Virus record (IMG/VR): IMGVR_UViG_3300045988_062966
Span: 1 to 35,613 of that record
Direction: 5' to 3' (one strand)
Origin: a virus
Length of the DNA stretch: 35,613 nucleotides
The position numbers and the translations under genes are program-made. This document shows positions 6,288 through 16,057 of the stretch, one piece after another. Every line of letters begins with the position of its first letter. Position 1 is the first letter of the stretch. Below the pieces are notes generated by a model. It searched no databases. It saw only the letters and a list, made by a program, of their open reading frames with translations, and was not told where the DNA came from.

Positions 6288-7728
6288 GGTCACCGGCGAA
6301 TACGACGGCACCACCACGGTTGTCGACGCTATCCCGCAAGAGAAGGACATTCGCGAACTACTCAAGCCCGCGCGTTCACTCGCAGGATCAAAAGCGCACT
6401 ACAAACAGCTTGATGGCGCCATGGACGCGGCTTTTGCTGGCGGCATCGTGCCTAAGTTCGAATGGTCTGCGATCTCAAGCCTTGTCAGCTTTGTGGGCTA
6501 CGGCGTTTTGCAACAGCTTTCGCAGGACGCGCTGATTCGCCTGTGCATTCAAACCCGCACCGATGAGATGCTGCGGGCGTGGATTGAAATCAAGTGTGAC
6601 GACAACGAGCGCAAGAAGGCACTAGAGGAAGAGATTGCCCGCATCGGCTTGCGCGATACCCTTTATAAGGCGCTCACGACAATGGGCCTGATGGGCGGCG
6701 CCTTCCTGTTTATCGACACGGGGCACGCCAAGCCGGATGAGGTGCTTAACAAGACAGCACGCTCGACTGAGCTTAAAGACCGCGTATCGTTTCGCGTGAT
6801 TGATCCGATCTTTACGACGCCGCAGAGCTTTAACGCGTCCGACCCGCTCAAAGAAGATTTTTACAAGCCCGCTGTGTTCTACATCATGGGAACGGCGGTG
6901 CATACGTCGCGCCTGATCCGCCTTGTGGAAAACGAGGTGCCGGACTTAATCAAGCCGTCGTATAACTTTTTCGGAATCGCTCAGGCTCAGTTGCTTTCGG
7001 ACTACGTGATGCACTTCCGCAAGAACCGCGAGGAAGTAAATACGCTTCTTACAAAGTTCTCGACGAGCTTCATTAAAACAGATTTGGGCGCTCAGCTCTT
7101 TGCTCGCAAGTCGTGGCAACCTGTTAGCGACCGCGTGAAGTTCTTTGCGAAGTTCCGCGACAATAACGGCGTCGGCCTCCTCGACAAGGACAAAGAAGAC
7201 TTTGTACAGGTCAACACGCCGATTACCGGCCTAACGGACATCGTGCGCCAGTCGCTTGAGTTCGTTGTGTCGGTCAACCAAAGCGGCGTGGTGAAGACGC
7301 TCGGGCAGTCGCCGTCGGGCTTTAACGCCACGGGCGAGAGCGACATAAAGCTACAGGCCGACTTAATCGCCACGCGGCAGGAGAAGATTCTGCGGCGCCC
7401 GCTTGAAGATATTCTGCGCATTCTGCAAATCAATCTCTTCGGTGACATTGATCCTAGTTTGAGCTTTGAATTCTGCTCACTCGACGAAGACGACGAGCGC
7501 ACGACGGCAGAGGTCAATAAGATGATGGCCGACACGGCCGCCGTCTACCTTGATCGCGGGGTGCTCTCAGAGGACGAAGTCCGCGCGGCGTTGAGTAATG
7601 CCAAGGACCATCCGTACGGTGATCTCGAAGGGGAAGCCCCGGGGGCGCCGGAAGACCCGTTCGGCCAAATGAGCAGCACGACCACGGAGGAGCGCGATGA
7701 CAACGACAAGGCTGGCGCAGTCTACTGA
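6241..7728 (+). CDS. Portal protein (DUF1073-like)
   Basis: 495 aa directly after TerL, with an acidic C-terminus. The order matches portal / Mu-F / protease modules. The start is uncertain because it overlaps TerL by 47 nt. Confidence 0.75.
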   Translation: MASKSRKTKRQTSGFEVTGEYDGTTTVVDAIPQEKDIRELLKPARSLAGSKAHYKQLDGAMDAAFAGGIVPKFEWSAISSLVSFVGYGVLQQLSQDALIRLCIQTRTDEMLRAWIEIKCDDNERKKALEEEIARIGLRDTLYKALTTMGLMGGAFLFIDTGHAKPDEVLNKTARSTELKDRVSFRVIDPIFTTPQSFNASDPLKEDFYKPAVFYIMGTAVHTSRLIRLVENEVPDLIKPSYNFFGIAQAQLLSDYVMHFRKNREEVNTLLTKFSTSFIKTDLGAQLFARKSWQPVSDRVKFFAKFRDNNGVGLLDKDKEDFVQVNTPITGLTDIVRQSLEFVVSVNQSGVVKTLGQSPSGFNATGESDIKLQADLIATRQEKILRRPLEDILRILQINLFGDIDPSLSFEFCSLDEDDERTTAEVNKMMADTAAVYLDRGVLSEDEVRAALSNAKDHPYGDLEGEAPGAPEDPFGQMSSTTTEERDDNDKAGAVY

Positions 7729-8536
7729 CGTACGTATCCGTGCCGTGCGTCCTAATGCAGGGATTCGGAAGGCGTACGCGGGCAAACTGCGCTCGCTCGT
7801 GCGTCAGATGGCGCAAGACGTCGCCAAAGAGCTTGAGGGGCTGTATCGCAAGGTCGAGCCGCGGATTGCGAAAGACGCACGGGGCGAATCCCCTGCCGAG
7901 CGCTTGCAAAAGATCATTGATCGAATGCGCAAGAAGTGGGAAGGATATTCGCGGGACTTTGCCGAAGACACGGCGGACTGGTTCGTAAGGAAGACGCGCG
8001 ACCACGTCGACCGGGCGCAGAACTCAGCGCTACGGGATTCGGGGTTTGAGGCGTTCGACCTGCGTTTTGACAAGGGGCAGATTTCTCAAGACGCTTTTGA
8101 CGCACTTGTGAACGCCAATACGTCGCTTATTAAGTCCATCAGCTCCCATTATCTTCAGGAGGTCGAGGGGCTTGTCATGCGGGCCGTGACTGACGGGCGA
8201 GACGTGGCAGGGCTTAAGTCAGAGCTATCCAAGCGCTACGGCATCACACAGCGCCGGGCGGACTTCATTGCTCGCGATCAGTGCAATAAAGCAACCGAAG
8301 CCCTGTGCCGCGCGAATGATCTTGAGGTTGGTGTTGAGCAGGGCGAATGGATTCACGTTCCCGGCAAGCACACGAGCCGAGAGACGCACAAGGCGATGGG
8401 CGGCAAAAAGTTCGACCTAAAAAAAGGGCTGTACGACAGCGACGTTGGGCGCTACGTACTTCCGGGGGAACTTTGTGCGTGCCAGTGTACGTATCGTCCA
8501 ATATTTAGTAGGAAGCTATGGGAAAAGAACTCTTAG
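7697..8536 (+). CDS. Head morphogenesis protein (Mu gpF / SPP1 gp7 family)
   Basis: YGITQRRADFIARDQCNKATEAL ... W.HVPGKHTSRETHKAMGGKKF resembles the Mu-F domain. GGAGGAG lies upstream. Confidence 0.75.
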   Translation: MTTTRLAQSTDVRIRAVRPNAGIRKAYAGKLRSLVRQMAQDVAKELEGLYRKVEPRIAKDARGESPAERLQKIIDRMRKKWEGYSRDFAEDTADWFVRKTRDHVDRAQNSALRDSGFEAFDLRFDKGQISQDAFDALVNANTSLIKSISSHYLQEVEGLVMRAVTDGRDVAGLKSELSKRYGITQRRADFIARDQCNKATEALCRANDLEVGVEQGEWIHVPGKHTSRETHKAMGGKKFDLKKGLYDSDVGRYVLPGELCACQCTYRPIFSRKLWEKNS

Positions 8537-9678
8537 CGCTTGACGAAAAAGTCGTTATGGAGTCTGCGCGGACGCGAGACAAAAACGGCTTTTTGCAGGT
8601 CAAGACATCGAATTTAACCCGCGACCACGTGGCGCCTTATTACGGGCGCGAGATTCCCGGCTGGGAAGAGCGGCAGTTAGACCCTGACCGGATTTACTAC
8701 GGATGGCGCAACCCTGACGAGCTTAAGGCGGCACTCGCGACATTCAACGGCGTGCCGCTTTTAATCGAACACAAGTTCGACAGTGCGGAGCACCCTAATA
8801 AAGAGCTTCGTGTTGGCACCGTTGGCACCAGCGCGAAGTGGGAGCCGCCGTACATCACCAACGCGCTTAGCGTATGGGATGAAAAAGCAATTTCAGCGAT
8901 TGAGGACGGCACATTGCGCGATCTCAGTTGCGGATACCGATATAAGCCCGATTTCACGCCCGGGGAGACTCCGGACGGGCTTGCTTATGACTTCGTGATG
9001 CGCGATCTCGCTTGCAATCACGTAGCACTTGTTCACGAGGGTAGAGCTCCCTACTGCTATGTCTCTGACGAAAAACCTAGAGGAATCACGATGAGTGAAG
9101 AAACAAAGGTGGATGGGGCGTGTGACGACTTCACGGAGTTTGCACGCAAGACTATCGACGAGTCAGGCGTTGAACTGACGCCCGAGCAGAAGGACGCACT
9201 TGTGCGCGCTTTTGCTGAATCTCACGCGAAGTTCGAAGAAAGCAAGGCCGATGAGGCCGAGCAGGAAACCGAAGGCACGCGAGATGAAGAGCCTGCCAAG
9301 CCCGAAGGCGTCGAAGACGCTGACGAGCCCAAGGACGAGGCCAAAGCCGAAGACGAAGACGCGGGCGAAGCCAAGCCCGAAGGCGGCGCCATGGACGCGG
9401 CCATGATTGCCAAGACGGTGCGCGGGCAGTTGTCTGCTCAGTACCGCGCGGCGACCGATGTCAAGTCCGTGCTGGGCAACGTCGACCCGATGGCCTACGA
9501 CAGCGCCGACGCGATCTATCTCGACGCCGTCAAGGCGATGGGCGTCAAGAACGTCCCGGCCAGCTCCGCCAAACACGTCTTTGCCGCTTTGCAGTCGGTC
9601 AAGACCGCCGCCCCGAGCGGGGCAATGGATTCGGCGCCCAAGAGCGACGAGGATTTTTTGAAGCAGTTCATTCGATAA
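8518..9678 (+). CDS. Prohead protease/scaffold protein (DUF2213-like N-domain, acidic linker, scaffold-like C-terminus)
   Basis: RDKNGFLQVKTSNLTRDHVAPYYGREIPG...PLLIEHK...LSCGYRY...CNHVALVHEGRA, followed by a D/E/K-rich region. Confidence 0.65.
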   Translation: MGKELLALDEKVVMESARTRDKNGFLQVKTSNLTRDHVAPYYGREIPGWEERQLDPDRIYYGWRNPDELKAALATFNGVPLLIEHKFDSAEHPNKELRVGTVGTSAKWEPPYITNALSVWDEKAISAIEDGTLRDLSCGYRYKPDFTPGETPDGLAYDFVMRDLACNHVALVHEGRAPYCYVSDEKPRGITMSEETKVDGACDDFTEFARKTIDESGVELTPEQKDALVRAFAESHAKFEESKADEAEQETEGTRDEEPAKPEGVEDADEPKDEAKAEDEDAGEAKPEGGAMDAAMIAKTVRGQLSAQYRAATDVKSVLGNVDPMAYDSADAIYLDAVKAMGVKNVPASSAKHVFAALQSVKTAAPSGAMDSAPKSDEDFLKQFIR

Positions 9679-9690
9679 GGAGATGGGCAA

Positions 9691-10206
9691 ATGGCTCTTC
9701 AGTCCAAAGTAAATGTGGGGCTTGCCCCCGCGATTGCGGGTATGCCAGCGAGCGTTGTCGAAACTCACTACACGGCGCAGACCTATCAGGCCGCCTCTGA
9801 TCTGACGGTCGGTAATTTCTGCTTTGCCGACGCTACTGCCGCAGGAACGAAGGTCAATAAGGCCGGCCCCGGCATCCTGCGCGGCATCGTCGTTTACACC
9901 CGCCAGTACATCACGGGCGAAGTGACTGCTGCGAATGCGATGGTTATTCCTAAAGGTGCCTTCGCGCAGATCGCCACGAACGGCAAGTTTTGGGTTGTCG
10001 CGCAGAATGCTAGCGCCAAGGTGGGCGATTACGTGCTCGCCTCTCAGGCTGACGGCTCTGTCACGACGCAGGCGGATAACGCCAAGCGGGAAGACTACAC
10101 GATGACGAATTTCGTCGTTGAAAAAGTGCTGGGCACGGAAGCGAAGCCCCTTGTGCTGATCAGCAACCAGCAGCCCAATGTCGTGCCTCCGATGGCTACG
10201 GCTTAA
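9691..10206 (+). CDS. Putative head decoration/cement protein
   Basis: 171 aa lying between the scaffold and major capsid genes, with a Gly/Ala/Val-rich beta-type sequence. Confidence 0.4.
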   Translation: MALQSKVNVGLAPAIAGMPASVVETHYTAQTYQAASDLTVGNFCFADATAAGTKVNKAGPGILRGIVVYTRQYITGEVTAANAMVIPKGAFAQIATNGKFWVVAQNASAKVGDYVLASQADGSVTTQADNAKREDYTMTNFVVEKVLGTEAKPLVLISNQQPNVVPPMATA

Positions 10207-10230
10207 TCTTTTTTGAAAGGTGGATTTGAA

Positions 10231-11253
10231 ATGGCACGAAGTGAAACCATGGAGCGCCTCGGCTTTGACCTTTGCAAGGGCAACGGGCGTTTTCTTCCGA
10301 CTCAGAACGGTACTGCCGATATCGCGATGGACGCTGCTTTGCAGACCGTCGCCAACGTGCAGACCCCTGCTCTGTTTGCAACGTACTATAGCCCTGAGAT
10401 TGTCGAAATCCTTCAGGCTCCCCGCAACTCTACGGAGATTTTCTCCGAAGAAAAGCGCGGCGACTGGAAGGACGTTCAGACGATGTTCCCGGCTGTCGAA
10501 TACGTTGGTCAGACGACGGCATACAGCGACTACGGTCGCGGCCTGCTGTCTGAAGCCAACATTGATCAGGTGACCCGCGAAACCTACAAGTTCCAGACCT
10601 TTATTCAGATCGGCGACTTGGAAGAAGACATCGCGACGGCTCAGAAGATCAACCTGCTTTCCGAAAAACAGCGCGCCGCGGCAACCGCGATCGAAATCGA
10701 CGCCAACAATTACAACCTGTATGGCGTGGACGGTATGTCCATCTATGGCCTTCTGAACGACCCGGCACTGCCTCCCGCCCTGTCGCCCGCTCCCGTCGGC
10801 ACGAAGAAAACGGCATGGGCCGACAAGGACGCGAACGAAATCTATAACGACATTCTCGCAATGTTCAATCAGATCGCCGCCGCGTCCAATGGCTACGTGA
10901 GCTTTAACAGCAAGCTTAAACTCGTGGTGCCGCCGTCCATCATGGGACAGCTCGCCAAGACGACGACCCTCGGCGTCGCGCCGGTTCTTCAGACTCTTAA
11001 AGGCTTCTTCCCGGGCCTTGAGATTATTTCTCTCCCGCAGCTTCAGGATGAATCGGGCGTCTGCAAAGCCATGCTGATCGCGACGGAAATCGCAGGACGG
11101 CCGACGGCTAAATTCGGCTTCCTTGAAAAACTGAAGACCTATCCGGTTCTCGTCGAGCACTCTTCCATGTCTCAGAAGTGGGCATCGTCTACTACCGGCT
11201 GTCTGCTGTTCCGTCCGTTCGCTGTTGCGACGATGGCGGGTATTCAGAAGTAG
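10231..11253 (+). CDS. Major capsid protein (DUF2184/encapsulin-like type)
   Basis: AAGGTGG lies upstream of ATG 10231. The 340-aa product is in the capsid position and is followed by strong hairpins. Confidence 0.75.
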   Translation: MARSETMERLGFDLCKGNGRFLPTQNGTADIAMDAALQTVANVQTPALFATYYSPEIVEILQAPRNSTEIFSEEKRGDWKDVQTMFPAVEYVGQTTAYSDYGRGLLSEANIDQVTRETYKFQTFIQIGDLEEDIATAQKINLLSEKQRAAATAIEIDANNYNLYGVDGMSIYGLLNDPALPPALSPAPVGTKKTAWADKDANEIYNDILAMFNQIAAASNGYVSFNSKLKLVVPPSIMGQLAKTTTLGVAPVLQTLKGFFPGLEIISLPQLQDESGVCKAMLIATEIAGRPTAKFGFLEKLKTYPVLVEHSSMSQKWASSTTGCLLFRPFAVATMAGIQK

Positions 11254-11263
11254 TAATGCCCGA

Positions 11264-11291
11264 ATCAATTTGACGATGCTGTCAAATTGAT
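11264..11291 (+). repeat. Perfect 11-bp inverted repeat ATCAATTTGAC-N6-GTCAAATTGAT
   Basis: Read directly. The half-site resembles the iteron core GTCAAAT(AT)TGAT. Confidence 0.7.
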
Positions 11292-11299
11292 AAAGCCCC

Positions 11300-11333
11300 C
11301 GGGGAGGGCTGACGCTCTCCCCGTTCAATTTTT
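11300..11333 (+). terminator. Intrinsic terminator/attenuator after the capsid gene: CGGGGAG-N10-CTCCCCG then TTCAATTTTT
   Basis: Stem plus a T-rich tail, read directly. Confidence 0.6.
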
Positions 11334-11348
11334 AAGGAAACACAAAAA

Positions 11349-11786
11349 ATGGCCAATCAGGAAACTAAAGTGAAGCGCGCTCCGAGTGCTCCGAAAGTCA
11401 AGGTAATCAGCGAAGACGGCGCCACGGTGAGCGTCGGCAACACTGCCAAGACGTCGGATACGGTCACGATCCTTTTCCGCTCCCGCATCTCTCAGAAATT
11501 CACGCTGAGTAACGGCAAGAGCGTCACCATCAACGGCAACGGCGTCTATCTCGCGAACGCCTCGGGCGGCGCACTGCCTGCCGGGGGTTACGGCGTGACG
11601 GTTGTCGATCGTGCGTTATGGGAGCAGGTGAAGGCCGAACTCGGTCAGGCTTATGGTCCGTGGTTCGCATCCGGGCGCATCAAGGAAAAGAAGAGCGAGG
11701 CGCAGGGCTTAAATTTCGCGATTGACCACGCCGATGAAAAGACGGGCGATGACCCGATGCCTCAAAAGAATTCACACAAGGAATAA
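11349..11786 (+). CDS. Hypothetical head-associated protein
   Basis: 145-aa ORF in the head module. No family was recognised. Confidence 0.5.
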   Translation: MANQETKVKRAPSAPKVKVISEDGATVSVGNTAKTSDTVTILFRSRISQKFTLSNGKSVTINGNGVYLANASGGALPAGGYGVTVVDRALWEQVKAELGQAYGPWFASGRIKEKKSEAQGLNFAIDHADEKTGDDPMPQKNSHKE

Positions 11787-11790
11787 CGCA

Positions 11791-12222
11791 ATGACTGCCG
11801 TCGTGTTTGATCCCGAGACCTTCCGAAAGGTATACCCCGCATTTAGCGACATCACGCGCTTTACTGATGAGATGCTTGAAGCGTGCTTTGATCAGGCGGT
11901 GGAGCTGATCGGCAACGACGACGACAGCGCGATTCCTTACGATCCCGACGCACAGCCGCCCATTAAAACGCGGGCGGTTGTTCTCACCCTCCTGACCTGC
12001 CACATTGCGACGCAGTCTTACATTTGGGGCGATCAGCAGGCGGGGCCTTTGCAGACTGCGGGCGAAGGCTCCGTGAGTGCCGGGTTTGGCGGCATGGTCG
12101 ACGCCTCCAATCCCGCGTGGTGGAACTCAACGAAGTGCGGGGCGCAGGCGTGGGTAATTCTCAAGCGTTACGCACAAGGGCCGCTGTATTTTGGCGTCCA
12201 GCCCATCTATATGGGGGGTTAA
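11791..12222 (+). CDS. Head-tail connector protein (DUF4054-like)
   Basis: Starts MTAVVFDPETFRKVYPAFSD... and contains LLTCHIAT. Its position follows the capsid genes. The internal ATG of tracked ORF 11722..12222 was chosen as the start. Confidence 0.5.
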   Translation: MTAVVFDPETFRKVYPAFSDITRFTDEMLEACFDQAVELIGNDDDSAIPYDPDAQPPIKTRAVVLTLLTCHIATQSYIWGDQQAGPLQTAGEGSVSAGFGGMVDASNPAWWNSTKCGAQAWVILKRYAQGPLYFGVQPIYMGG

Positions 12223-12687
12223 ATGCGCGTCAAGGTCGTCTACTCGAAGGGCGGATTAAAAGAGCTGGCGAAGGCCGCTCAGAACGCCAAGCTAGAAGCC
12301 GTGGCGGGGGTGCTTCGCGGCGCCACGAATTCCGACACAGGCGCGAGCGTGGCGGCCTACGGGCTGGCGCTTGAATACGGCACATCAAAGATGCCTGCGC
12401 GTCCATTCCTTCGGCAAACGGTCGAAGGACACAAAAAGGAGTGGCGCGAACAGCTCGCCATAGGTGTGAAGAGACGAGGCATTAGAAGGGCTGAGGAAGT
12501 GTTAGGCGTCGTTGGCCGCGTGATGCGTGCGGACATTATCGCAACGATTAAGCGCGGGGACTTTGAACCGCTTTCGCCCGAGACGATTAAAGCCAAGGAG
12601 CGCAAGCGCAGGGAGAACCCGGCGGCGCCCTTGATAGACACAACATCCCTGATCAGGTCGATTAGCAGCGAGGTTCGGAACAAATGA
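12223..12687 (+). CDS. HK97 gp10-like head-tail joining protein
   Basis: LALEYGTSKMPARPFLRQTVE matches the EfGT..mpa.PFl signature. Confidence 0.6.
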   Translation: MRVKVVYSKGGLKELAKAAQNAKLEAVAGVLRGATNSDTGASVAAYGLALEYGTSKMPARPFLRQTVEGHKKEWREQLAIGVKRRGIRRAEEVLGVVGRVMRADIIATIKRGDFEPLSPETIKAKERKRRENPAAPLIDTTSLIRSISSEVRNK

Positions 12688-13124
12688 ATTTGCACGCTGT
12701 TGTGCGGGGCGCGATAACCGCCGTCGCTCGCGATCTACCCGCCGAGCTTTACACGATGACGGGGGAGCAGGAGCGCGGAGAGCGCGGCGACTTACTTCCT
12801 GTGTTCGCTGGGCCGGTGCCGGTGCTTGGCCAATGGCAGAGCATCAAGGCCGACGAGATCATTCAGACCGAGCGCATCAACGAGGCGACGACCGTTCGCA
12901 GGGTATACCTTCGCGCGACGGATGACGCTTCTTCGCGCCCGTGGGCGTCGTGGCGCCTGCTCGGCAGGTCAGGGGATTTACTCAAGGACGATCGGGGAGC
13001 CTTTTGGCTGGTCGATGCCGTGATTGAGGATTTCACGCATGAAGGATGGGTATGCGTGCAGGCCGTTTTGCAGACGGTGCCGCCGCGCTTCAAAGTAAAG
13101 GAGCCAACCGATGGCGGCAGTTAA
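12684..13124 (+). CDS. Hypothetical neck/tail-completion protein
   Basis: 146-aa ORF with an ATGA overlap with the upstream gene. Confidence 0.5.
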   Translation: MNLHAVVRGAITAVARDLPAELYTMTGEQERGERGDLLPVFAGPVPVLGQWQSIKADEIIQTERINEATTVRRVYLRATDDASSRPWASWRLLGRSGDLLKDDRGAFWLVDAVIEDFTHEGWVCVQAVLQTVPPRFKVKEPTDGGS

Positions 13125-13662
13125 AGACATATCGCAGGCCGACATACTGAACGCGTGCATTAAGTTCTGCTACAACTTCGCGGCCCCAGCTCTCCCTGAC
13201 GAGATGCACATCCTTGACGGGTTCGGCAACAATAGAACGCTCCCGAAGGACGGTAACGACTTCTGTATCGTCACCCCTATTCGCCAGTCCCGAAGCGGCT
13301 CGAATATTGAGAGCTGGAAGCCTGACGGCGATGAGGTAATGGAGCTTGCCGAGTATGTCAATCTAGGCATTCAAATCGACGTCTATTCGACGAACATATT
13401 CGACGCATTGGAGCGTGCGCAGACCTATGAAACGGTCGCGCGTTCTGATTTCGGAGTGCAACACTTCTTAGCATTCGGCATTGACTGTTTATTTGCCGAA
13501 AACGTTCAGAACCTGACCGCCGTTATGGATTCCAAACAGTACGTGAGCCGGTGGACTCTCGTTCTGCACTTGGGCTATTGGAAGCGCGTGAAACTCGCGC
13601 AGGATTTTTTCAAAACCGCAATTGTCGATGTGATAAACGTCGACACGAAATACAAACCATGA
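13111..13662 (+). CDS. Hypothetical neck/tail-terminator-like protein
   Basis: 183-aa ORF immediately upstream of the sheath gene. Confidence 0.45.
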   Translation: MAAVKDISQADILNACIKFCYNFAAPALPDEMHILDGFGNNRTLPKDGNDFCIVTPIRQSRSGSNIESWKPDGDEVMELAEYVNLGIQIDVYSTNIFDALERAQTYETVARSDFGVQHFLAFGIDCLFAENVQNLTAVMDSKQYVSRWTLVLHLGYWKRVKLAQDFFKTAIVDVINVDTKYKP

Positions 13663-13670
13663 GGTAAAAA

Positions 13671-15173
13671 ATGTCAATTCCAGCTGGTTATCTTGTCGCG
13701 ATCACGCCGCGCACCATCAGCGCGGGCGCTTCCGACCTTGAAACGAACGGCATGGTGCTCACGAAGAGCGCTCTGCTGCCGACCGGTGCCCCGGCCGTCG
13801 CCTTCGCCTCGGCCTCCGCTGTGTCCGATTTCTTCGGTCCTGACTCCGACGAAGCTCGCTTTTCTCAGCAGTATTTCACGGGCCTGACGAATCAGCAGAA
13901 GGCACCGACTGCGCTCGTGATCGGGCGCCGCATCAATGAAGAGTGTGCGGCGTGGGTTCGAGGCGCCAGAGTTTCCGCCGACTTGGCCGCATTCAAGGGC
14001 ATTAAGGACGGCGCCATGAAGCTCACGATTGACGGCGCAGAAAAGACCGCCGCAACGGTTGATCTCTCGGACGTCACGTCTCTCTCGGCCGTCGCCACGA
14101 AGATCGCAGAGGCCCTGACCGGTTGCACGGGCTCTTACGATTCGAACACGCAGACATTCACGTTCACATCGACGACGAAGGGCGCCACGTCTACCGTGGG
14201 TTATGCCTCGGCGGGAGAAAGTGGTACTGACCTTTCTGCGAAACTCAACCTGACGCAGGCCGCGGGCGCCGTCCTTTCTCAGGGCGCTACGGCTCAGACC
14301 GAAGCGGCGACGCTCGATGCCGTCCGCTCCGTGACGTCCAACTGGGCGCAGTTCACGACCCTGTGGGAAGTCACTGACAAGGCTGAGGCCGAAGCCTATG
14401 CCGCATGGGCCGACATCGAAGACGACTTTGTATATGTCTTTTGGTCGAGCGACACGAAGATGACGAGCACCCTCACGCAGGAATCGACTATCGCCTACGC
14501 GATGAAGGATCGCTATAACTGCACCTTCCCGATCTACGCGCAGAACAACGTGACGGCGGCTTTTGCCGTTGCCTACCCTGCCACGATCAAATGGGATGCG
14601 ACGCAGGGCATGAAGGTTATTTTTGGCAAGACTGCGAGCGGCCTGACGCCGACGGTGACGACCGAGCAGGAAGCCCAAGCGCTTGACGCTCTTTCCGTTT
14701 CCTATATCGGCCAATTTGCCACGCGTAATGATCAGTTCCAGTTCACGAACCGCGGCGCCCTCTGCAACCCGGCTATGTACGGGTTTTATGACACGTTGAT
14801 CGGCTCTATTTGGCTTCGCTCCAAATTGCAGACCTCGATCATGAAGGGCTTCGCTACGGTCAACCGTGCGCCCTACAATGCGACGGGCTACACAATGCTC
14901 AAATCGTGGTGCCAAGACCCGATCACGCAGGCTTTGAATGCGGGCGTCATTGACGCCGGTATCAGCCTGAGCGACAGTCAGAAAGCTCAGATCATGCAGG
15001 AAACGGGCAACGAAGAGGCACCGCGTGAACTGCAAAGCAAGGGATATTTCTTGCAGGTGCTCGATCCGGGCGCGTCCGTTCGCGCTCAGCGCGGCGCCCC
15101 GATCTCGCAACTGTATTATGCGTACGGCTCCGGAATCCAACGCGTATCTTTACCAGTAGCCGCCGCCCTGTAA
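13671..15173 (+). CDS. Tail sheath protein (DUF3383-like)
   Basis: 500 aa, followed by the tube, chaperone and tape-measure genes. The family name is from memory and needs an HMM check. Confidence 0.7.
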   Translation: MSIPAGYLVAITPRTISAGASDLETNGMVLTKSALLPTGAPAVAFASASAVSDFFGPDSDEARFSQQYFTGLTNQQKAPTALVIGRRINEECAAWVRGARVSADLAAFKGIKDGAMKLTIDGAEKTAATVDLSDVTSLSAVATKIAEALTGCTGSYDSNTQTFTFTSTTKGATSTVGYASAGESGTDLSAKLNLTQAAGAVLSQGATAQTEAATLDAVRSVTSNWAQFTTLWEVTDKAEAEAYAAWADIEDDFVYVFWSSDTKMTSTLTQESTIAYAMKDRYNCTFPIYAQNNVTAAFAVAYPATIKWDATQGMKVIFGKTASGLTPTVTTEQEAQALDALSVSYIGQFATRNDQFQFTNRGALCNPAMYGFYDTLIGSIWLRSKLQTSIMKGFATVNRAPYNATGYTMLKSWCQDPITQALNAGVIDAGISLSDSQKAQIMQETGNEEAPRELQSKGYFLQVLDPGASVRAQRGAPISQLYYAYGSGIQRVSLPVAAAL

Positions 15174-15182
15174 ACGTCACAT

Positions 15183-15206
15183 GGCCGCTTTTCGGAGCGG
15201 CCTTTT
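15183..15206 (+). terminator. Hairpin GGCCGCT-N6-AGCGGCC + TTTT between the sheath and tube genes (attenuator)
   Basis: Read directly. Confidence 0.5.
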
Positions 15207-15218
15207 AGGAGCATATAA

Positions 15219-15644
15219 ATGCCGTTAAATAATAAGACCTCAGCGAACGTAGTCGCATGGCTCAAAATTGAAAACGTCTGCCAGTCAGGCATTCAGCTGT
15301 CTCAGTTCTCGACGGATGCCGGTATTGCCGCCGACGCCGTGCAGGAAGTGCAGGCGGACATGACGCTTGACGGCCATTTGGTCAAGGGCTACACGCCGAA
15401 TCCCTATGTCGTCAATCTGACGCTTCAGCCGACCGCCCCCGCAATCGCCTATCTGCGCGAGGCTCAGGCCCTGCAGAAGTCGCTTAAAACGCCGCTTGGC
15501 GTCGAACTGACGGTGTATTACCCGGCGACTGACCGAACCTATCAGTTCGTCAATGGCGTCTTTACTCAGATGATGCCGATGCCTGCCGCAAATCGCGTGC
15601 AAGACCCGGTGACGGTTCAAATGACGTTTGAGGACTGCCAGTAA
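15219..15644 (+). CDS. Tail tube protein (DUF3277-like)
   Basis: 141 aa directly after the sheath gene. Confidence 0.6.
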   Translation: MPLNNKTSANVVAWLKIENVCQSGIQLSQFSTDAGIAADAVQEVQADMTLDGHLVKGYTPNPYVVNLTLQPTAPAIAYLREAQALQKSLKTPLGVELTVYYPATDRTYQFVNGVFTQMMPMPAANRVQDPVTVQMTFEDCQ

Positions 15645-16057
15645 TGCGCGAGGCCAAAACCATCACACTCCAAGACGGAGAGCGCAAATTTACGTTCAAG
15701 ATTACGCCGATGTCCGCCCTTAAGGCAGAAAGTTGGCTGATCCGTGCGGCATTCGCGCTGGGCGGCGGCCTGTCGTCTTTGACGAAAGACGCCGACGCGA
15801 CGGAGATCGTCAAGGCGCTTTCCTCCGTAGACTATGACAAGGTTGCGCAGCTTTGGGATGAGCTGCTTTCGTGCTGTGAGATCGTGCATGGCGGGGCGAC
15901 CATTCCGGTTGATGCCGACACGCTTGACGGGAAGATTGACTACCCGACGACCGTTTTTCTTCTGAAGGCGGCGGCCGTACAGGCGAATTTCGGTTTTTTC
16001 GGCAAAGGCGGGTTCTCGAGCTTCCTCTCCACGATGCGTGGCGTTCTGACCTGTTAA
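15644..16057 (+). CDS. Tail assembly chaperone (gpG analogue)
   Basis: 137 aa between the tube and tape-measure genes. It contains the slippery heptamer T_TTT_TTC. Confidence 0.7.
   Translation: MREAKTITLQDGERKFTFKITPMSALKAESWLIRAAFALGGGLSSLTKDADATEIVKALSSVDYDKVAQLWDELLSCCEIVHGGATIPVDADTLDGKIDYPTTVFLLKAAAVQANFGFFGKGGFSSFLSTMRGVLTC

Noticed and set aside
9163-11328. 721-aa ORF on the minus strand
   Set aside because: It is antisense to the scaffold, decoration and major capsid genes. The composition is Arg/Gly/His/Leu-rich and low complexity with no motifs. This is a typical spurious long frame opposite GC-rich coding DNA.
13674-15140. 488-aa ORF on the minus strand
   Set aside because: It is antisense to the tail sheath gene, is Arg-rich and shows no recognisable motifs.
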